The notes under the pieces are model-generated. The model did no database searches, was not told the DNA's origin, and saw only the letters and a list, made by a program, of their open reading frames with translations. 64,000 bases of DNA from Pseudomonadota bacterium (lineage in GTDB: Bacteria > Desulfobacterota > S145-22): positions 1,962 through 65,961 of the forward strand of contig WGDA01000153.1 in the NCBI GenBank assembly GCA_015493505.1, read 5' to 3'. Shown in pieces: positions 46,988 to 59,605 of this stretch. Both the position numbers and the translations under genes were made by a program. Positions within the stretch are counted from its first letter, which is position 1. Every line of letters begins with the position of its first letter.

Positions 46988-47692
46988 ATGGCAAAAAAAG
47001 GGAAAAAATACTTAGAAAAAAAGGCCCTGGTTGATAGAATGAAGCGTTACAGCCTCGATGAGGGGCTGGATCTGCTGGAGCAGGTTTCTTACGCGAATTT
47101 TGATGAATCCGTGGATGTGGCCTTCCGCCTGGGTGTGGACCCCCGTCACGCCGACCAGATGGTTCGGGGAACGGTCGTTTTGCCCCATGGCACGGGGAAA
47201 TCCGTCAAGGTGCTCGTGTTCGCGAAGGGGGAAAAGGAGAAAGAGGCCGCGGAAGCGGGCGCTGATTACGTGGGGGCGGAAGACCTGATTGAAAAGATCA
47301 AGGGGGGATGGCTGGAGTTTGACAAGGCCATCGCGACCCCTGACATGATGGGCCAGGTCAGCAAGATTGGACGGATCCTCGGACCGCGTGGCATGATGCC
47401 CAACCCGAAAGTAGGCACGGTCACCTTTGACGTGGGGAAGGCCGTGAAAGAGCTGAAAACGGGTCGGGTGGAGTTCCGCACGGAAAAAACGGGGATCGTC
47501 CATACGAGTATCGGAAAAAAGGGCTTTGGCAAGGAAAAGCTGAAGGAGAACTTTCTGACATTACTGGATACATTGATTCGGATGAAACCCGCTTCGAGCA
47601 AAGGTGCCTACCTGAGAGGGATTGCCCTGTCCACGACCATGAGTCCCGGGGTGAAAATTGATCCCATTCAGGCTCGGAACCTTCTGAAATAG
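46988..47692 (+). CDS. rplA: 50S ribosomal protein L1
   Basis: 234 aa with the L1 fold. Confidence 0.95.
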   Translation: MAKKGKKYLEKKALVDRMKRYSLDEGLDLLEQVSYANFDESVDVAFRLGVDPRHADQMVRGTVVLPHGTGKSVKVLVFAKGEKEKEAAEAGADYVGAEDLIEKIKGGWLEFDKAIATPDMMGQVSKIGRILGPRGMMPNPKVGTVTFDVGKAVKELKTGRVEFRTEKTGIVHTSIGKKGFGKEKLKENFLTLLDTLIRMKPASSKGAYLRGIALSTTMSPGVKIDPIQARNLLK

Positions 47693-47699
47693 CGGGTTT

Positions 47700-47845
47700 T
47701 CTATAAACGATCCCCCTGTCAGAGACAGATGGTGCTTCGGCATAATGGCATATTGCCGCCTCTCGAGACGGGAAGCTTGAGGTGATAGGATATTCCTGTG
47801 AGGTCACCCTCTGACTTTGATGGGAGTGGAAATCTGAACAGAGGA
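47700..47845 (+). promoter_or_regulatory. Putative rplJ (L10) leader/autoregulatory region
   Basis: About 150-nt structured intergenic leader upstream of rplJ. The position is conserved in bacteria. Confidence 0.3.
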
Positions 47846-47850
47846 AGGGG

Positions 47851-48378
47851 GTGAAGACAATCAAAAAAGAAGAAAAAGCTGCTGTTGTTTCACAACTCAA
47901 AGAGGCATTTTCCGACTATCAGGTTTTAATCCTGACCGATTATCGCGGATTGGACGTGGAGTCGATGAACGCATTGCGCAGACAGTTACAGGAAAGCGGT
48001 GCCACGTTTCGCGTTGCCAAGAACACGCTTCTTCGCATCGCCAGTGAAGGGACCGACGTCGAGAAGTTACAGGAGCTGTTTACGGGTCCAACTGCGATCG
48101 CTATTTCCACGGAAGATCCTGTGGCCCCGGCAAAGGTGCTGAAGGAGTTTGCCAAGGATCACGACGCCCTGAAAATAAAGGGCGGGATTCTGTCGGGGAA
48201 ACCCTTGAGCGTCAGCGACGTGGAAAGCCTTGCCAGCCTGCCTGACCGGGATGTCTTGCTGGCGCAGTTGCTTTCCGTGTTGAATGCCTCGCAGACGGGT
48301 TTGGTCAATGTGCTGGCCGGTGTGATTCGTGGGCTTTTAAATGTATTACACGCGGTTGAGGAGAAAAAAGCCGCTTAA
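47851..48378 (+). CDS. rplJ: 50S ribosomal protein L10
   Basis: 175 aa with a GTG start. Confidence 0.92.
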   Translation: MKTIKKEEKAAVVSQLKEAFSDYQVLILTDYRGLDVESMNALRRQLQESGATFRVAKNTLLRIASEGTDVEKLQELFTGPTAIAISTEDPVAPAKVLKEFAKDHDALKIKGGILSGKPLSVSDVESLASLPDRDVLLAQLLSVLNASQTGLVNVLAGVIRGLLNVLHAVEEKKAA

Positions 48379-48529
48379 AGCCGCATTCGGAATTTCTCGT
48401 GGCATGGTCTCTTGAAAGATGGAGAAAGCGGATAGAGATATTTCAGAAAAAACGAATATCAAATAACCAGAGAAAAACGCAGCAGGGTCAAACGATTTGC
48501 CGTGTTGTATGGAAATCAAGGAGGAATCA

Positions 48530-48916
48530 ATGGCTGAAATAACCAAAGAAGATGTCGTAAAATTTATCGAGAACATGACGGTGATCGAGCTGTCAGAGTT
48601 TGTGAAGGAACTCGAGGAGAAATTCGGGGTTTCCGCGGCGGCGCCCATGGCGGTGGCGGCGGTAGCGCCGGGAGCAGCGGCCGGCGGTGAGGCGGCAGAA
48701 GAGAAAACGGAATTCGATGTCATCCTGACCGGATTCGGTGAAAAGAAGATTCAGGTGATCAAAGCGGTTCGGGAAGTGACCAGCCTGGGGCTTAAGGAAG
48801 CGAAAGAGCTGGTCGAGAGTGCTCCCAAACCCATCAAGGAAGGGATTCCCAAGGAAGAGGCGGAGGCCATTCTCAAGAAGATTGAAGAGGCTGGTGGATC
48901 CGCCGAGATTAAGTAG
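48530..48916 (+). CDS. rplL: 50S ribosomal protein L7/L12
   Basis: N-terminus [34 protein letters not shown], an Ala-rich hinge, and the RBS aaggagg. Confidence 0.92.
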   Translation: MAEITKEDVVKFIENMTVIELSEFVKELEEKFGVSAAAPMAVAAVAPGAAAGGEAAEEKTEFDVILTGFGEKKIQVIKAVREVTSLGLKEAKELVESAPKPIKEGIPKEEAEAILKKIEEAGGSAEIK

Positions 48917-48938
48917 GCTGATCAGGGCGACGAACATG

Positions 48939-48975
48939 CGCGGGGGGAGCGTCTCCCCCCGTTAAATCCTGTTTA
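48939..48975 (+). terminator. rplL-rpoB intergenic attenuator hairpin
   Basis: gcggggggag-cgt-ctccccccg forms a stem of about 9 bp. The U-tract is weak. Confidence 0.4.
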
Positions 48976-48989
48976 GAGGTAGGGAGTCG

Positions 48990-51900
48990 ATGAAGGCTAA
49001 AATCATTCGCAAGGATTTCTCGAAGATCCGGGAAGTCATTGAAGTAGGTAATTTAATTGAGATACAGACAAAATCTTATCGGGATTTTCTTCAGAAAGAC
49101 GTGGATCCCGATAAACGGGAAGAGATGGGGCTTCAGAAAGTCTTCAAAACGGTCTTTCCCATTCATGATTTCTATGAGACCGCCACGCTGGATTTTGTGA
49201 ATTATCATATCGGGACTCCCAAGGCGGATGTGAAGGAATGCATCATGAAGGGCCTGACCTATGAAGCCCCCATGAAGGTCAATATCCGTCTGGTGATCTG
49301 GGATACCGAAGGGGAAGACAAGAAGGTCATCAAGGCCATCAAGGAGCAGGACGTTTATCTGGGCGAAATCCCTTTGATGACGGAAAATGGCACCTTCATC
49401 ATCAACGGAACGGAGCGGGTGGTAGTCAGCCAGCTTCATCGCTCCCCTGGCGTGTTTTTCAGTTCGGAAAAGCAGGGAGGGAAAAAGGTCTATTTCTGCC
49501 GGGTTATTCCTTATCGTGGCTCTTGGCTTGATTTTGAATTCGACCAGAAGGATTACATGTATGTGCGGATCGACCGGCGCCGAAAGCTGCCGGTCACTAT
49601 TCTCCTCCGCGCCCTGGGCTACAGCAAGGAAGAGATACTCAATTATTTTTACGAGAGCGAGATCGTCGAGGTCACGCCAAACGGGTTTTATAAAAAGCTG
49701 AACCGGGATATTCTTCTGAAGCAGAGGCTCGATCAGGATGTGGTGCATCCCGAAACCGGTGAGGTGATCGCCCGCAAGGGGAGAAAGATCACCCGATCCA
49801 CCCTCAAGAAGATTGAGGCCGCGGGGATCGACCGCATTCCCATCGACGTGAATTCCCTCGTTGGCAAGGTCGTGGGCAGGGATGTGGTGGACGAGAACAC
49901 CGGCGAGGTGATCGTGGAATGCAACACAGAGCTCTCGGAAGAGGATATCGAAAAGATTTCGAACGCCAAGGTCAAGGAATTCCCCATTCTTTTCATCGAC
50001 AATATCAACGTAAATCCCTCGATTCACCAGACGTTCCAGATTGACAAGCTGACCATCACGGAAAAGGATATCGAGAGCTTGCGCGAGGAAGACACGGAAA
50101 AGGGGCTCAAGGAGCTGGAGCGCGACAAGGCCATGATCGAGATTTACAAGCGTCTGAGGCCGGGGGACCTGCCGACCCTGGAGACCGCGCGGATCTTCTT
50201 CCGGAACCTCTTTTTCAACCCCGACCGCTACGATCTTTCCGAGGTCGGGCGTATGAAGCTGAATTACAAGCTGGGCATCGATGTGGACAAAAACGAGCGG
50301 GCCCTGACGGAACGGGATATCATGGAGGTGGTGCGTTACCTCTTCCGGCTTCGGGACGGCTACGGGATGGAGGACGATATCGACCATCTTGGGAACCGGC
50401 GGGTTCGCACCGTTGGGGAACTGGTGGAGGATCAGTTTCATATCGGGATGGTCCGCCTGGAACGCGCCATCAAGGAGAAGATGAGCCTTCAGGATGTAGA
50501 AACCCTCATGCCCCATGACCTGATTAACTCCAAGCCCTTGACAGCCATCCTGAAGGAATTTTTCGGAAGCAGCCAGTTGTCCCAGTTTATGGATCAGGTG
50601 AACCCGCTGGCGGAAATCACGCATAAGCGGCGGCTGAGTGCCCTGGGGCCCGGCGGCCTGACGCGGGAGCGCGCGGGGTTTGAGGTGCGTGACGTGCATC
50701 CCACGCATTACGGGCGGATTTGCCCCATCGAGACCCCGGAAGGTCCCAATATCGGGCTGATTTCTTCCCTGAGCACCTTCGCACGCATCAATCCGTACGG
50801 GTTCATCGAGACCCCTTACCGCGTCGTTAAGGATGGGAAGGCGACGAATGAGATTAAATACCTCTTCGCCCTGGACGAGGAAAACCATGTGATTGCCCAG
50901 GCGAACGCCCCGCTGGATGAGGAAGGGCGGTTCATCAACGATATGATTTCGGCGAGAAAAGGTGGGGAATTTGTCATGGTTTCCCCCGAGGAAGTCGATT
51001 TCATGGATGTCTCCCCGAAACAGCTTGTCAGCGTCGCGGCTTCTTTGATTCCATTTCTCGAGCACGATGACGCAAACCGCGCGTTGATGGGGTCAAATAT
51101 GCAGCGCCAGTCGGTGCCTCTGCTGCGCGCCGAGTCTCCCCTGGTTGGCACGGGGATGGAACGGATTGTAGCGAGGGATTCGGGCGTGGTCATTCTCGCC
51201 AAACGTGATGGAGAGGTCACCTTTGTCGATTCCACCAAAATCATTGTTAAGCATTATCTCAATGGCGATGGCAAGGACGGCGAATTTGAACTGGACGTCT
51301 ATTCCCTGACGAAATTCATGCGCTCCAATCAGAACACTTGCATCAACCAAAAACCCATCGTCCGCCGGGGACAGTGGGTTGAAGAGGGAGAGATTATCGC
51401 GGATGGCCCCTCGACGGACAGGGGAGAACTCGCCCTGGGCCGGAACGTTCTGGTGGCCTTCCTTCCGTGGGGTGGATACAATTTTGAGGATTCCATCCTC
51501 GTCAGCGAAAAGATTCTTAAAGAGGATATTTACACGTCCATCCATATTGAAGAGCTGGAGATCTCAGCGCGGGATACGAAACTCGGAAAGGAAGAGATAA
51601 CCCGTGATATTCCCAACGTGGGGGAAGAGGCCCTGAAAGACCTGGATGAGAGCGGAATCGTCCGCCTGGGGGCCCTGGTGAGTTCCGGTGATATCCTGGT
51701 GGGGAAGATTACCCCGAAAGGGGAGACACAACTTTCCCCGGAGGAAAAACTGCTGCGCGCCATTTTTGGCGAGAAGGCAGGGGATGTCCGGGATACCTCC
51801 CTTAGGGTACCACATGGTGCTGAAGGGGTGGTGATTGATGTCAAGGTGCTTTCCAGGAGAGGGCAGGAGACGGACAGCCGTACCCAGGCGATCGAGGAAG

Positions 51901-53144
51901 AACAGCGCGAGAACCTGGAACGGGACCAGGGGGATGAGATCCGCGTAGTTCTTGAAGCGACGAAAGAATCCCTCGTCTCCCTGTTCAAGGGAAAGGCCCT
52001 GAGTGAAGAAGTGACCCTGTCGTCGGGGGAAACCCTGCAGAAGGGCGCGCGCCTGACGGAAAAGGTGCTGGAACCGGTCGACGTGAGGGAGTTTGAGAAA
52101 CTCCAGGCGGCAGGCGTGGACCCCGTGAAGGTTCGGGTCATGCTGGATCGGATGCAGGACAAGATAGATGCCATCCGCGCCCTTTATCAGAATCGAATTT
52201 CCAAGATTTCCAGGGGAGAGGAATTGCCCCCGGGCGTGCTCAAAACCGTCAAGGTGTACCTGGCCATGAAGCGAAAACTGTCCGTGGGAGACAAAATGTC
52301 CGGCCGCCACGGAAACAAGGGGATTATCTCACGGATTTTGCCCGAAGAGGATATGCCGTATCTTCCGGACGGCACCCCGGTTGATATCGTGTTGAATCCT
52401 CTTGGTGTCCCGTCCCGAATGAACGTGGGACAGATTCTGGAGACCCACCTGGGATGGGCGGCCCGTGAATTGGGACAGCAGATTCAGAACATGCTGGAAA
52501 AGCAGTTCCCCATCGATGGAATTCGAAAACGCTTGAAAGAGGTGTTTCAGTCCAAGCGGATTGACGCGATTATTGACGAAGCCTCTGACGAAGAGGTTCT
52601 TGAAATTGCCCGCGGTATGCAAAACGGCGTGCATGTTTCCGTCCCGGTTTTTGACGGCGCTTCTGAAGAAGAAGTGAAAGAATACATGGATATGGCGGGA
52701 GTCCCGCGGGTTGGGCAGTCTATCCTTTTTGACGGAAAGACGGGTGAGCCCTATGACCATGAGGTCACGGTCGGCAGTATGTACATGCTGAAGCTGCACC
52801 ACCTGGTGGACGACAAGATTCACGCCCGGTCCATCGGGCCGTATTCCCTGGTTACCCAGCAGCCCCTCGGTGGAAAGGCCCAGTTTGGCGGGCAGCGCTT
52901 CGGTGAGATGGAAGTCTGGGCCATGGAAGGGTATGGCGCAGCCTATTCGCTCCAGGAATTTTTAACCATAAAGTCTGACGACGTCAGTGGAAGAACCCGC
53001 GCCTATGAGGCCATCGTGAAAGGTGAAGATGTCCTGCAGCCCGGGATTCCGGAGTCGTTTAATGTCCTTGTCAAGGAATTGCAGAGTCTTTGCCTGGATG
53101 TCGAGCTTCTCGACACCTCAAAGACGCAGCATAAGGAGGGATAA
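48990..53144 (+). CDS. rpoB: DNA-directed RNA polymerase subunit beta
   Basis: 1384 aa with conserved RpoB blocks. Confidence 0.98.
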   Translation: MKAKIIRKDFSKIREVIEVGNLIEIQTKSYRDFLQKDVDPDKREEMGLQKVFKTVFPIHDFYETATLDFVNYHIGTPKADVKECIMKGLTYEAPMKVNIRLVIWDTEGEDKKVIKAIKEQDVYLGEIPLMTENGTFIINGTERVVVSQLHRSPGVFFSSEKQGGKKVYFCRVIPYRGSWLDFEFDQKDYMYVRIDRRRKLPVTILLRALGYSKEEILNYFYESEIVEVTPNGFYKKLNRDILLKQRLDQDVVHPETGEVIARKGRKITRSTLKKIEAAGIDRIPIDVNSLVGKVVGRDVVDENTGEVIVECNTELSEEDIEKISNAKVKEFPILFIDNINVNPSIHQTFQIDKLTITEKDIESLREEDTEKGLKELERDKAMIEIYKRLRPGDLPTLETARIFFRNLFFNPDRYDLSEVGRMKLNYKLGIDVDKNERALTERDIMEVVRYLFRLRDGYGMEDDIDHLGNRRVRTVGELVEDQFHIGMVRLERAIKEKMSLQDVETLMPHDLINSKPLTAILKEFFGSSQLSQFMDQVNPLAEITHKRRLSALGPGGLTRERAGFEVRDVHPTHYGRICPIETPEGPNIGLISSLSTFARINPYGFIETPYRVVKDGKATNEIKYLFALDEENHVIAQANAPLDEEGRFINDMISARKGGEFVMVSPEEVDFMDVSPKQLVSVAASLIPFLEHDDANRALMGSNMQRQSVPLLRAESPLVGTGMERIVARDSGVVILAKRDGEVTFVDSTKIIVKHYLNGDGKDGEFELDVYSLTKFMRSNQNTCINQKPIVRRGQWVEEGEIIADGPSTDRGELALGRNVLVAFLPWGGYNFEDSILVSEKILKEDIYTSIHIEELEISARDTKLGKEEITRDIPNVGEEALKDLDESGIVRLGALVSSGDILVGKITPKGETQLSPEEKLLRAIFGEKAGDVRDTSLRVPHGAEGVVIDVKVLSRRGQETDSRTQAIEEEQRENLERDQGDEIRVVLEATKESLVSLFKGKALSEEVTLSSGETLQKGARLTEKVLEPVDVREFEKLQAAGVDPVKVRVMLDRMQDKIDAIRALYQNRISKISRGEELPPGVLKTVKVYLAMKRKLSVGDKMSGRHGNKGIISRILPEEDMPYLPDGTPVDIVLNPLGVPSRMNVGQILETHLGWAARELGQQIQNMLEKQFPIDGIRKRLKEVFQSKRIDAIIDEASDEEVLEIARGMQNGVHVSVPVFDGASEEEVKEYMDMAGVPRVGQSILFDGKTGEPYDHEVTVGSMYMLKLHHLVDDKIHARSIGPYSLVTQQPLGGKAQFGGQRFGEMEVWAMEGYGAAYSLQEFLTIKSDDVSGRTRAYEAIVKGEDVLQPGIPESFNVLVKELQSLCLDVELLDTSKTQHKEG

Positions 53145-53146
53145 CC

Positions 53147-56100
53147 TTGCAACGTTTTGCCTCTTCTTGGTTTTCTGATCTGAAGGAAACCGCAGAATTT
53201 GACGCCATTCGGATTGGCCTCGCCTCGCCGGAAAAGATTGAATCCATGTCTCACGGTGAGGTGAAAAAACCGGAAACCATCAATTATCGAACGTTCAAGC
53301 CCGAGAAGGATGGCCTTTTCTGCGCCCGCATCTTTGGGCCGGTCAAGGATTACGAGTGTAACTGTGGAAAATACAAGCGGATGAAGCATCGGGGAATCGT
53401 GTGCGAGAAGTGTGGCGTGGAGGTTATCCAGTCGAAGGTGCGCCGTGAGCGTCTCGGGCACATCAAACTGGCGAGCCCCGTGGCGCATATCTGGTTCCTG
53501 AAAAGCATCCCGAGCAAACTGGGCGTCCTGCTGGACATGTCCATCAGCGAGCTGGAAAGCATCCTCTACTTCGAGTCCTACGTGGTTCTGGATCCGAAAG
53601 AGACCTCCCTGAAACGGGGTGAGCTCCTCTCGGAAGAACGGTACCGTGACCTCTACGATGGCGAGGGATGGGATTTTCGCGCGGGAATCGGCGCGGAAGC
53701 CGTCCGGGAGCTTCTCCAGGAGTTGGACCTGGAGGCCCTGGCGAAGTCCTTGAGAGAAGAATTCAGGGCGACCAACTCCGAGACGAAGAAAAAGAAGATT
53801 GTCAAAAGGCTGAAGATTGTGGATGCTTTTATCGGTTCCGGGAATAAGCCGGAATGGATGATCCTGACGGTCATCCCGGTGCTGCCCCCGGATTTGAGGC
53901 CTCTGGTCCCGCTGGATGGCGGACGGTTTGCCACGTCTGACCTGAATGATCTGTATCGCCGGGTCATCAACCGGAACAACCGTCTGAAACGGCTCCTGGA
54001 GCTCGATGCCCCGGACATCATCATCCGTAATGAGAAACGGATGCTGCAGGAGGCGGTGGACGCCCTTTTCGATAATGGCAAGCGGGGAAGGGCGATTGTT
54101 GGCGCCAACAAGAGACCCTTAAAATCTCTCAGCGACGTTTTGCGCGGCAAGCAGGGGCGTTTCCGACAGAATCTCCTGGGGAAACGGGTCGATTATTCCG
54201 GCCGTTCCGTCATCGTCGTCGGCCCGGAGCTGAAACTGCATAAATGCGGGCTTCCCAAGCGGATGGCGCTGGAACTCTTCAAACCCTTTATCTACGGGAA
54301 ACTGCGGGAAAAGGGCCTGGCGATTACCATCAAGGCGGCCAAAAAGATTGTGGAGAAGGAAGGGCCGGAGGTTTGGGACATCCTGGACGAGATTATCCGG
54401 GAGCACCCCGTGATGCTGAACCGGGCACCCACCCTGCACCGGCTTGGGATTCAGGCGTTTGAGCCCATCCTGATCGAGGGCAAGGCAATTCAGCTCCACC
54501 CGCTGGTCTGCACGGCGTATAACGCGGACTTTGACGGCGATCAAATGGCGGTTCATGTCCCTCTGTCGATCGAGGCCATGACCGAGGCGCGCGTGCTTAT
54601 GATGTCCACGAACAACATCCTGTCGCCGGCAAACGGGAAACCGATTATCGTTCCGACCCAGGATATTATTCTTGGTTTGTATTACATGACGGTAACCCGA
54701 CCGTTTGTGAAGGGCGAGGGAAAGGTTTTTGCCAATCCCGAGGAGGTTCGTATCGCTCATGACCAGGGAGAACTGGATATCCACGCCGCGATCAAAGTGA
54801 GGATGAACGGGGAACTCATCGAAACCAGCACGGGCCGGATTCTCCTGTCTGAAGTGATACCCGAGGATATCCCCTTCGAACTGATCAATAAGCCCATGAC
54901 GAAAAAGGAAGTGGCCAGGCTGGTGGACTACTCCTTTCGAAAGGCGGGGGACAAAAAAACAGTTATCCTGTCTGACAAGTTGAAGAACCTGGGCTACTAT
55001 TACGCGACCAAGGCGGGGATTTCCATCTGCATCGACGACCTGGTCATCCCGGAAAAGAAAGAGGAGTTGCTGAACAAGGCGCATGAGGAAGTGGCGGAGG
55101 TCTATCAGCATTATCGGGACGGCATTATCACGGAAAGCGAGCGCTACAACAAGGTTATCGATATCTGGGCCGACACCACTGAAAGAGTGGCTGAAGAGAT
55201 GATGGAACGCCTCCGGTACGAGACGGTCGAAGACATTGAAGGGAAACGTTCCACGAAGACCAAGAGCCTGAACCCTGTATTCATCATGGCGGATTCAGGA
55301 GCCCGGGGCAGCGCCCAGCAGATTCGGCAGTTGGCTGGGATGCGAGGCCTGATGGCCAAGCCGACTGGTGAAATTATCGAAACCCCGATTACCGCGAATT
55401 TCCGGGAAGGCCTGACTGTGTTGCAGTACTTTATCTCTACCCATGGTGCCCGAAAAGGGTTGGCGGACACGGCCCTGAAGACCGCGAACTCCGGGTACCT
55501 CACGAGGCGCCTGGTCGATGTCTCCCAGGATACGGTGGTGACCGAATACGATTGTGGCACGCTGGATGGTATCGAGATGACCTCTCTTCTCGAAGGTGGG
55601 AAGATTATCGAGCCGGTAGGCGCCAGAATCCTGGGCCGCGTGGCCCTTGAGGATGTGGTAGACCCCTATACCGGCGAGGTTATCGTTCCGGCCAACCATG
55701 AAATCAATGAAGAGACGGTTCAGCGGATTAATGAATGCGGCATCAACTCCGTCAAAATCCGCAGCGTCCTGACCTGCAAGTCGAAGCGGGGCTGCTGTGT
55801 TCTCTGCTACGGGCGTGACCTGGCGCGCGGGCGCCTCGTCAACGTGGGCGAAGCGGTCGGCATCATCGCCGCCCAGTCCATTGGAGAGCCAGGCACGCAG
55901 TTGACCATGCGGACCTTCCATATCGGTGGGACAGCCAGCCGCCGCGTGGAGCAGAACACCCTTGAGTCCCCCATCGAAGGGACTGTGAAATACGTCAATC
56001 TGAAGACCGTGAAAAACCGTCACGGGGAATGGGTCGTCCTGAACCGGAACGGTGAGGTAGCAATTCTCGATGAAGAAGGGCGTGAGCGGAAGAAGTATCC

Positions 56101-57364
56101 CCTGATCTACGGGACGCGACTCAAGGTCGCGGATGGCGACAAAGTCAAGGAAAAACAGCTCATTGCTGAATGGGATCCCTACAACACACCGGTCATTTCC
56201 GAGGTCTCCGGGAAGATTAAATTTGGAGACATCATGGAAGGGTTCACCATGCAGGAACAGGTGGACGAGATTACCGGTCTGTCCACCAAGGTGATCGTGG
56301 AATCACGCGACCCGTCCCTCCGCCCCCGAATCTCCATCAAGGATGAAAAGGGCAGAACGCAGAAACTACCCGGGACCGCCAGCATGGCGCGTTATCTCCT
56401 CCCCGTCGGAGCCATTATCCAGGTGGCCGAGGGAGACGAAGTCCTGGCGGGTGACGTAATCGTCAAGATTCCAAGGGAGACCACGAAAACAAAGGACATC
56501 ACCGGTGGTCTGCCGCGGGTCGTGGAGCTTTTTGAGGCACGGAAACCGAAAGAAAGCGCGGTCATCAGCGAGATCGATGGCATCGTGACCATCGGCAAGG
56601 ACGTGAAAGGGAAGCGCACCGTTATTGTGACCCCGGATGTGGGTGAACCCAAGGAATACACGATCCCCAAGGGGAAGCATATCAGTGTCCATTCCGGTGA
56701 CTTTATCAAGGCCGGGGAGGCGCTGATGGACGGTCCCATCAACCCGCACGATATCCTGCGCGTCAAGGGAGAAAAAGAGCTGGCGAAATACCTGGTTGAC
56801 GAGGTTCAGGAGGTCTACCGCCTGCAGGGTGTCGAGATTAACGACAAACATATCGAAGTCATCGTGCGCCAGATGCTGAAGCGGGTTAAGATTAAGGATC
56901 CCGGGGACACCAAGTTTCTGATGGACGACATCGTGGAGAAATACGCCTTTGAAGAGGAAAATGAACGGGTTCTGAATGAGGGAGGTGCTCCCGCCATCGC
57001 GGAACCTCTCCTGATGGGGATTACAAAGGCGGCCCTTATCACCGACAGCTTCATCTCTGCCGCTTCGTTCCAGGAGACCACCAAGGTCCTGACCGGCGCC
57101 AGCATCGCCGGGAAAATCGATACCCTCAAGGGGCTGAAGGAAAACGTCGTGGTGGGGCGCCTCATTCCGGCGGGAACCGGCTTCCGCAAGTACAAAGACC
57201 TTGAAGTCGTGACCGAAACCGGTGAAAGGGAGTTCGGGCCAAAGTTTGACGCGACCAAGGAGTTAGAGACATTCGACGCCTTCGTGGCGACCGCGCCACC
57301 CCCCACGCCACCTTCTGGCCGGAGCGATGGCGTTGATACCATCACCCCGATCGAGTTTCGCTGA
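53147..57364 (+). CDS. rpoC: DNA-directed RNA polymerase subunit beta' (TTG start)
   Basis: 1405 aa. Contains the catalytic NADFDGD motif and an N-terminal zinc finger [26 protein letters not shown] lies 6 nt upstream of the TTG start. Confidence 0.98.
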   Translation: MQRFASSWFSDLKETAEFDAIRIGLASPEKIESMSHGEVKKPETINYRTFKPEKDGLFCARIFGPVKDYECNCGKYKRMKHRGIVCEKCGVEVIQSKVRRERLGHIKLASPVAHIWFLKSIPSKLGVLLDMSISELESILYFESYVVLDPKETSLKRGELLSEERYRDLYDGEGWDFRAGIGAEAVRELLQELDLEALAKSLREEFRATNSETKKKKIVKRLKIVDAFIGSGNKPEWMILTVIPVLPPDLRPLVPLDGGRFATSDLNDLYRRVINRNNRLKRLLELDAPDIIIRNEKRMLQEAVDALFDNGKRGRAIVGANKRPLKSLSDVLRGKQGRFRQNLLGKRVDYSGRSVIVVGPELKLHKCGLPKRMALELFKPFIYGKLREKGLAITIKAAKKIVEKEGPEVWDILDEIIREHPVMLNRAPTLHRLGIQAFEPILIEGKAIQLHPLVCTAYNADFDGDQMAVHVPLSIEAMTEARVLMMSTNNILSPANGKPIIVPTQDIILGLYYMTVTRPFVKGEGKVFANPEEVRIAHDQGELDIHAAIKVRMNGELIETSTGRILLSEVIPEDIPFELINKPMTKKEVARLVDYSFRKAGDKKTVILSDKLKNLGYYYATKAGISICIDDLVIPEKKEELLNKAHEEVAEVYQHYRDGIITESERYNKVIDIWADTTERVAEEMMERLRYETVEDIEGKRSTKTKSLNPVFIMADSGARGSAQQIRQLAGMRGLMAKPTGEIIETPITANFREGLTVLQYFISTHGARKGLADTALKTANSGYLTRRLVDVSQDTVVTEYDCGTLDGIEMTSLLEGGKIIEPVGARILGRVALEDVVDPYTGEVIVPANHEINEETVQRINECGINSVKIRSVLTCKSKRGCCVLCYGRDLARGRLVNVGEAVGIIAAQSIGEPGTQLTMRTFHIGGTASRRVEQNTLESPIEGTVKYVNLKTVKNRHGEWVVLNRNGEVAILDEEGRERKKYPLIYGTRLKVADGDKVKEKQLIAEWDPYNTPVISEVSGKIKFGDIMEGFTMQEQVDEITGLSTKVIVESRDPSLRPRISIKDEKGRTQKLPGTASMARYLLPVGAIIQVAEGDEVLAGDVIVKIPRETTKTKDITGGLPRVVELFEARKPKESAVISEIDGIVTIGKDVKGKRTVIVTPDVGEPKEYTIPKGKHISVHSGDFIKAGEALMDGPINPHDILRVKGEKELAKYLVDEVQEVYRLQGVEINDKHIEVIVRQMLKRVKIKDPGDTKFLMDDIVEKYAFEEENERVLNEGGAPAIAEPLLMGITKAALITDSFISAASFQETTKVLTGASIAGKIDTLKGLKENVVVGRLIPAGTGFRKYKDLEVVTETGEREFGPKFDATKELETFDAFVATAPPPTPPSGRSDGVDTITPIEFR

Positions 57365-57468
57365 CCGGGTGGGGTGCGCAGCCGGAAAGATATCGAAAAA
57401 GGGATCTGCCTCAAAGCGGAAACCTTGACCGGTCACTGGCCACGTGGTAAAAACGGGCCATCAGAAAA

Positions 57469-57545
57469 GGGGCGATTAGCTCAGCGGATAGAGCGTTGGT
57501 CTCCGGAACCAAAGGTCGCGGGTTCGATTCCCGCATCGCCCTCCA
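57469..57545 (+). tRNA. tRNA-Arg (anticodon CCG)
   Basis: Anticodon loop ctccgga with a GGTTCGATTCC T-arm. An integrase gene follows immediately. Confidence 0.85.
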
Positions 57546-57758
57546 TTTTTTAAGTTCTCTTGACATCTATTTTCCTTTATTTTATAAGACTTATAAGCGA
57601 TTTAACGGGATAGGATATTATGAGCTTGTTCTATAGAATTCTATTAAAAACCATCAAAAACCCGTTTAAAAATGGGAAAAAGTTGGGAAGAAATTGGGAA
57701 GAATGGCGGTGATGTTTAACAACAAATAACAAATCATCATAGATGGTTAGGAGACGTC

Positions 57759-59114
57759 ATGGCTGGAAATGATGATGATAAAAATGGGAAAAAAGTTGGG
57801 AAACGGCGAAAATACGGAAGTGACAAGCGTTATCCGGGCGTCCGCTGGTATGATTCCCGGATCAAAGGGCGGGTTTTTTATCTCTATTACCGCAACCCCG
57901 CCGGAAGGCTGATTGAACGAAAAGTAGGGACTCAGCATGAAGGATGGACGGCAAAACTTGTTCATGAGCGCCGTCTGGACCTCATAAAAAAATTCGAGCG
58001 TGGCGAAGGCGGCAAGGGGAAGAAGATTCGCACCTTTGGGGATGCGGTGGATGTCTTTTTTGAGCGATGTCAAAAAAGAGGGATAAAGGGAATCGCCCAG
58101 GAACGTTCCCGGCTTCGCTGGCTTTCCCATCTTTCCGATCGGCGGTTTGTGGGTGTTCTTTCCGAACTTGTTCTTACGGAGATTGTGGAAAAGATGCGGG
58201 AAGCGGGGCAATCATCAACAAGTATTCATCACGCCCTGGCTCTTTTTCGCCGCGTCGTCAACGCCGCCCTTGAAGACAAGCGGTGCCCCATTAAAGAGCT
58301 TGACCCTTATTTTAAGAAAGTTCTTTCGGATAAAATATTTGAATTTAGCCCTGACCCAGGCGGAAAAGTAGAACGGCTTCCAATGGATCAAGTAAGGACC
58401 TTTGTGGAAACCCTGGAAACCTGGCCGGACCGCTTTCACGCAAATATTGTCATTCTCGCCCTTTTTACCGGTGCGCGGAAGGGAAATATTTTAAAGTTGG
58501 AATGGTCGGATATTGATTGGGATCAAGACAAAATCATTCTTCGCAAAGAGAAAACCAAAGCGAAGCGGCGTGACACCCCAATTCCCATGAATGACATGGC
58601 GAAAAAGGCTTTACAAGAGATGCGAACCATTCGCGACAATGCCCTTGAACGGTTGGAGATGCTTCGACAAAAGGCCCTGGAAGGCCCGCCCCATGTTCGC
58701 TCAAATGCCGTAAAAGAGTTTCTTCTTTTAATGCGAAAAACCCCTTATGTCGTAAGTGAAAACTGGGACCCTGAGACGGCCCCGGAAACGGTTGAAAGAA
58801 TTCTTCATACCCCCGTTAATAAGATGGGTTCCCCCTATGTTTTTCCGGGAAAGGGTGGTGGTCAACGGGTCGAGATTCGAAGAGGAATTCAAAAGATACG
58901 CGCGGCGGTGGGAATCCCGCCCGACTTCCGCATGCTTCATGGGTCAAGACATCAATTTGCAAGTTTATTAGCCCTCAGTGGCGCTCCGGCCGCGGTCATA
59001 AAGGAATTGTTGGGTCATTCTGATATTCGGATGTCTGAACGATATATTGATATGACTTATAGGGTCAAGCAAGAGGCATCCCAAAAAGTTGTTGAGCAAA
59101 TCAAGGGATATTGA
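57759..59114 (+). CDS. int: Tyrosine-type site-specific integrase
   Basis: C-terminal catalytic region HGSRHQFASLLALSGAPAAVIKELLGHSDIRMSERYIDM carries the R..H..R..Y signature. The protein is 451 aa. Confidence 0.88.
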   Translation: MAGNDDDKNGKKVGKRRKYGSDKRYPGVRWYDSRIKGRVFYLYYRNPAGRLIERKVGTQHEGWTAKLVHERRLDLIKKFERGEGGKGKKIRTFGDAVDVFFERCQKRGIKGIAQERSRLRWLSHLSDRRFVGVLSELVLTEIVEKMREAGQSSTSIHHALALFRRVVNAALEDKRCPIKELDPYFKKVLSDKIFEFSPDPGGKVERLPMDQVRTFVETLETWPDRFHANIVILALFTGARKGNILKLEWSDIDWDQDKIILRKEKTKAKRRDTPIPMNDMAKKALQEMRTIRDNALERLEMLRQKALEGPPHVRSNAVKEFLLLMRKTPYVVSENWDPETAPETVERILHTPVNKMGSPYVFPGKGGGQRVEIRRGIQKIRAAVGIPPDFRMLHGSRHQFASLLALSGAPAAVIKELLGHSDIRMSERYIDMTYRVKQEASQKVVEQIKGY

Positions 59115-59164
59115 GTGTTTCTTTCAAATTGCGATGAATACCATCGCGAAAGGAGGGAAGGGGT

Positions 59165-59353
59165 TTGTATTTTATAGAAAAATACAAGCGCCGGACATGG
59201 GCGGTCTATGATGAGAGGAAAAATCTTGTCTGTGTCACGCTTTATAAGCGGGGTGCCGAGGAGGTGAGGCGCCGCCTTGAAAACCTCGCGACCACGGAAA
59301 GCCAGAAGTCAGGAAAGGGGAAAGGGAGAATTTATCATGAATGTCATTCTTAA
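59165..59353 (+). CDS. Hypothetical small protein (62 aa)
   Basis: ORF only; basic N-terminus. Confidence 0.3.
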   Translation: MYFIEKYKRRTWAVYDERKNLVCVTLYKRGAEEVRRRLENLATTESQKSGKGKGRIYHECHS

Positions 59354-59519
59354 AAATTTAATCACGGGTGAAGAAATCAAGGTTCACCCTTCCACCGATC
59401 ACCCTGATTCCAGTTATGGTCAACCGGTATGGGTGGATGATAACGGCAATGCCTATGGTCTGTGTGATATGGGCGCGCCGCTGGGGTTTGAGCTAATTCA
59501 AGGCAATCATAAAGATTGA
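59337..59519 (+). CDS. Hypothetical small protein (60 aa, MNVILKNLITGEEI...)
   Basis: ORF with an internal ATG after a purine-rich stretch. Overlaps the previous ORF by 17 nt. Confidence 0.3.
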   Translation: MNVILKNLITGEEIKVHPSTDHPDSSYGQPVWVDDNGNAYGLCDMGAPLGFELIQGNHKD

Positions 59520-59605
59520 AATTTCATTTTCCGGGGATCGGGCGTGCGCACCCCGAATGGCGACTTTCCCGGGTCGCCTCCCCGGATTTTTAACCACGGC
59601 GGGAG

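Noticed and set aside
49053-51065. 670-aa antisense ORF inside rpoB, plus similar long antisense ORFs inside the histidine kinase (7825..9249), hemL (19178..20554), hsdR (32379..33545) and rpoC
   Set aside because: These are shadows of highly conserved sense genes. They have no motifs, no RBS support, and biased composition.
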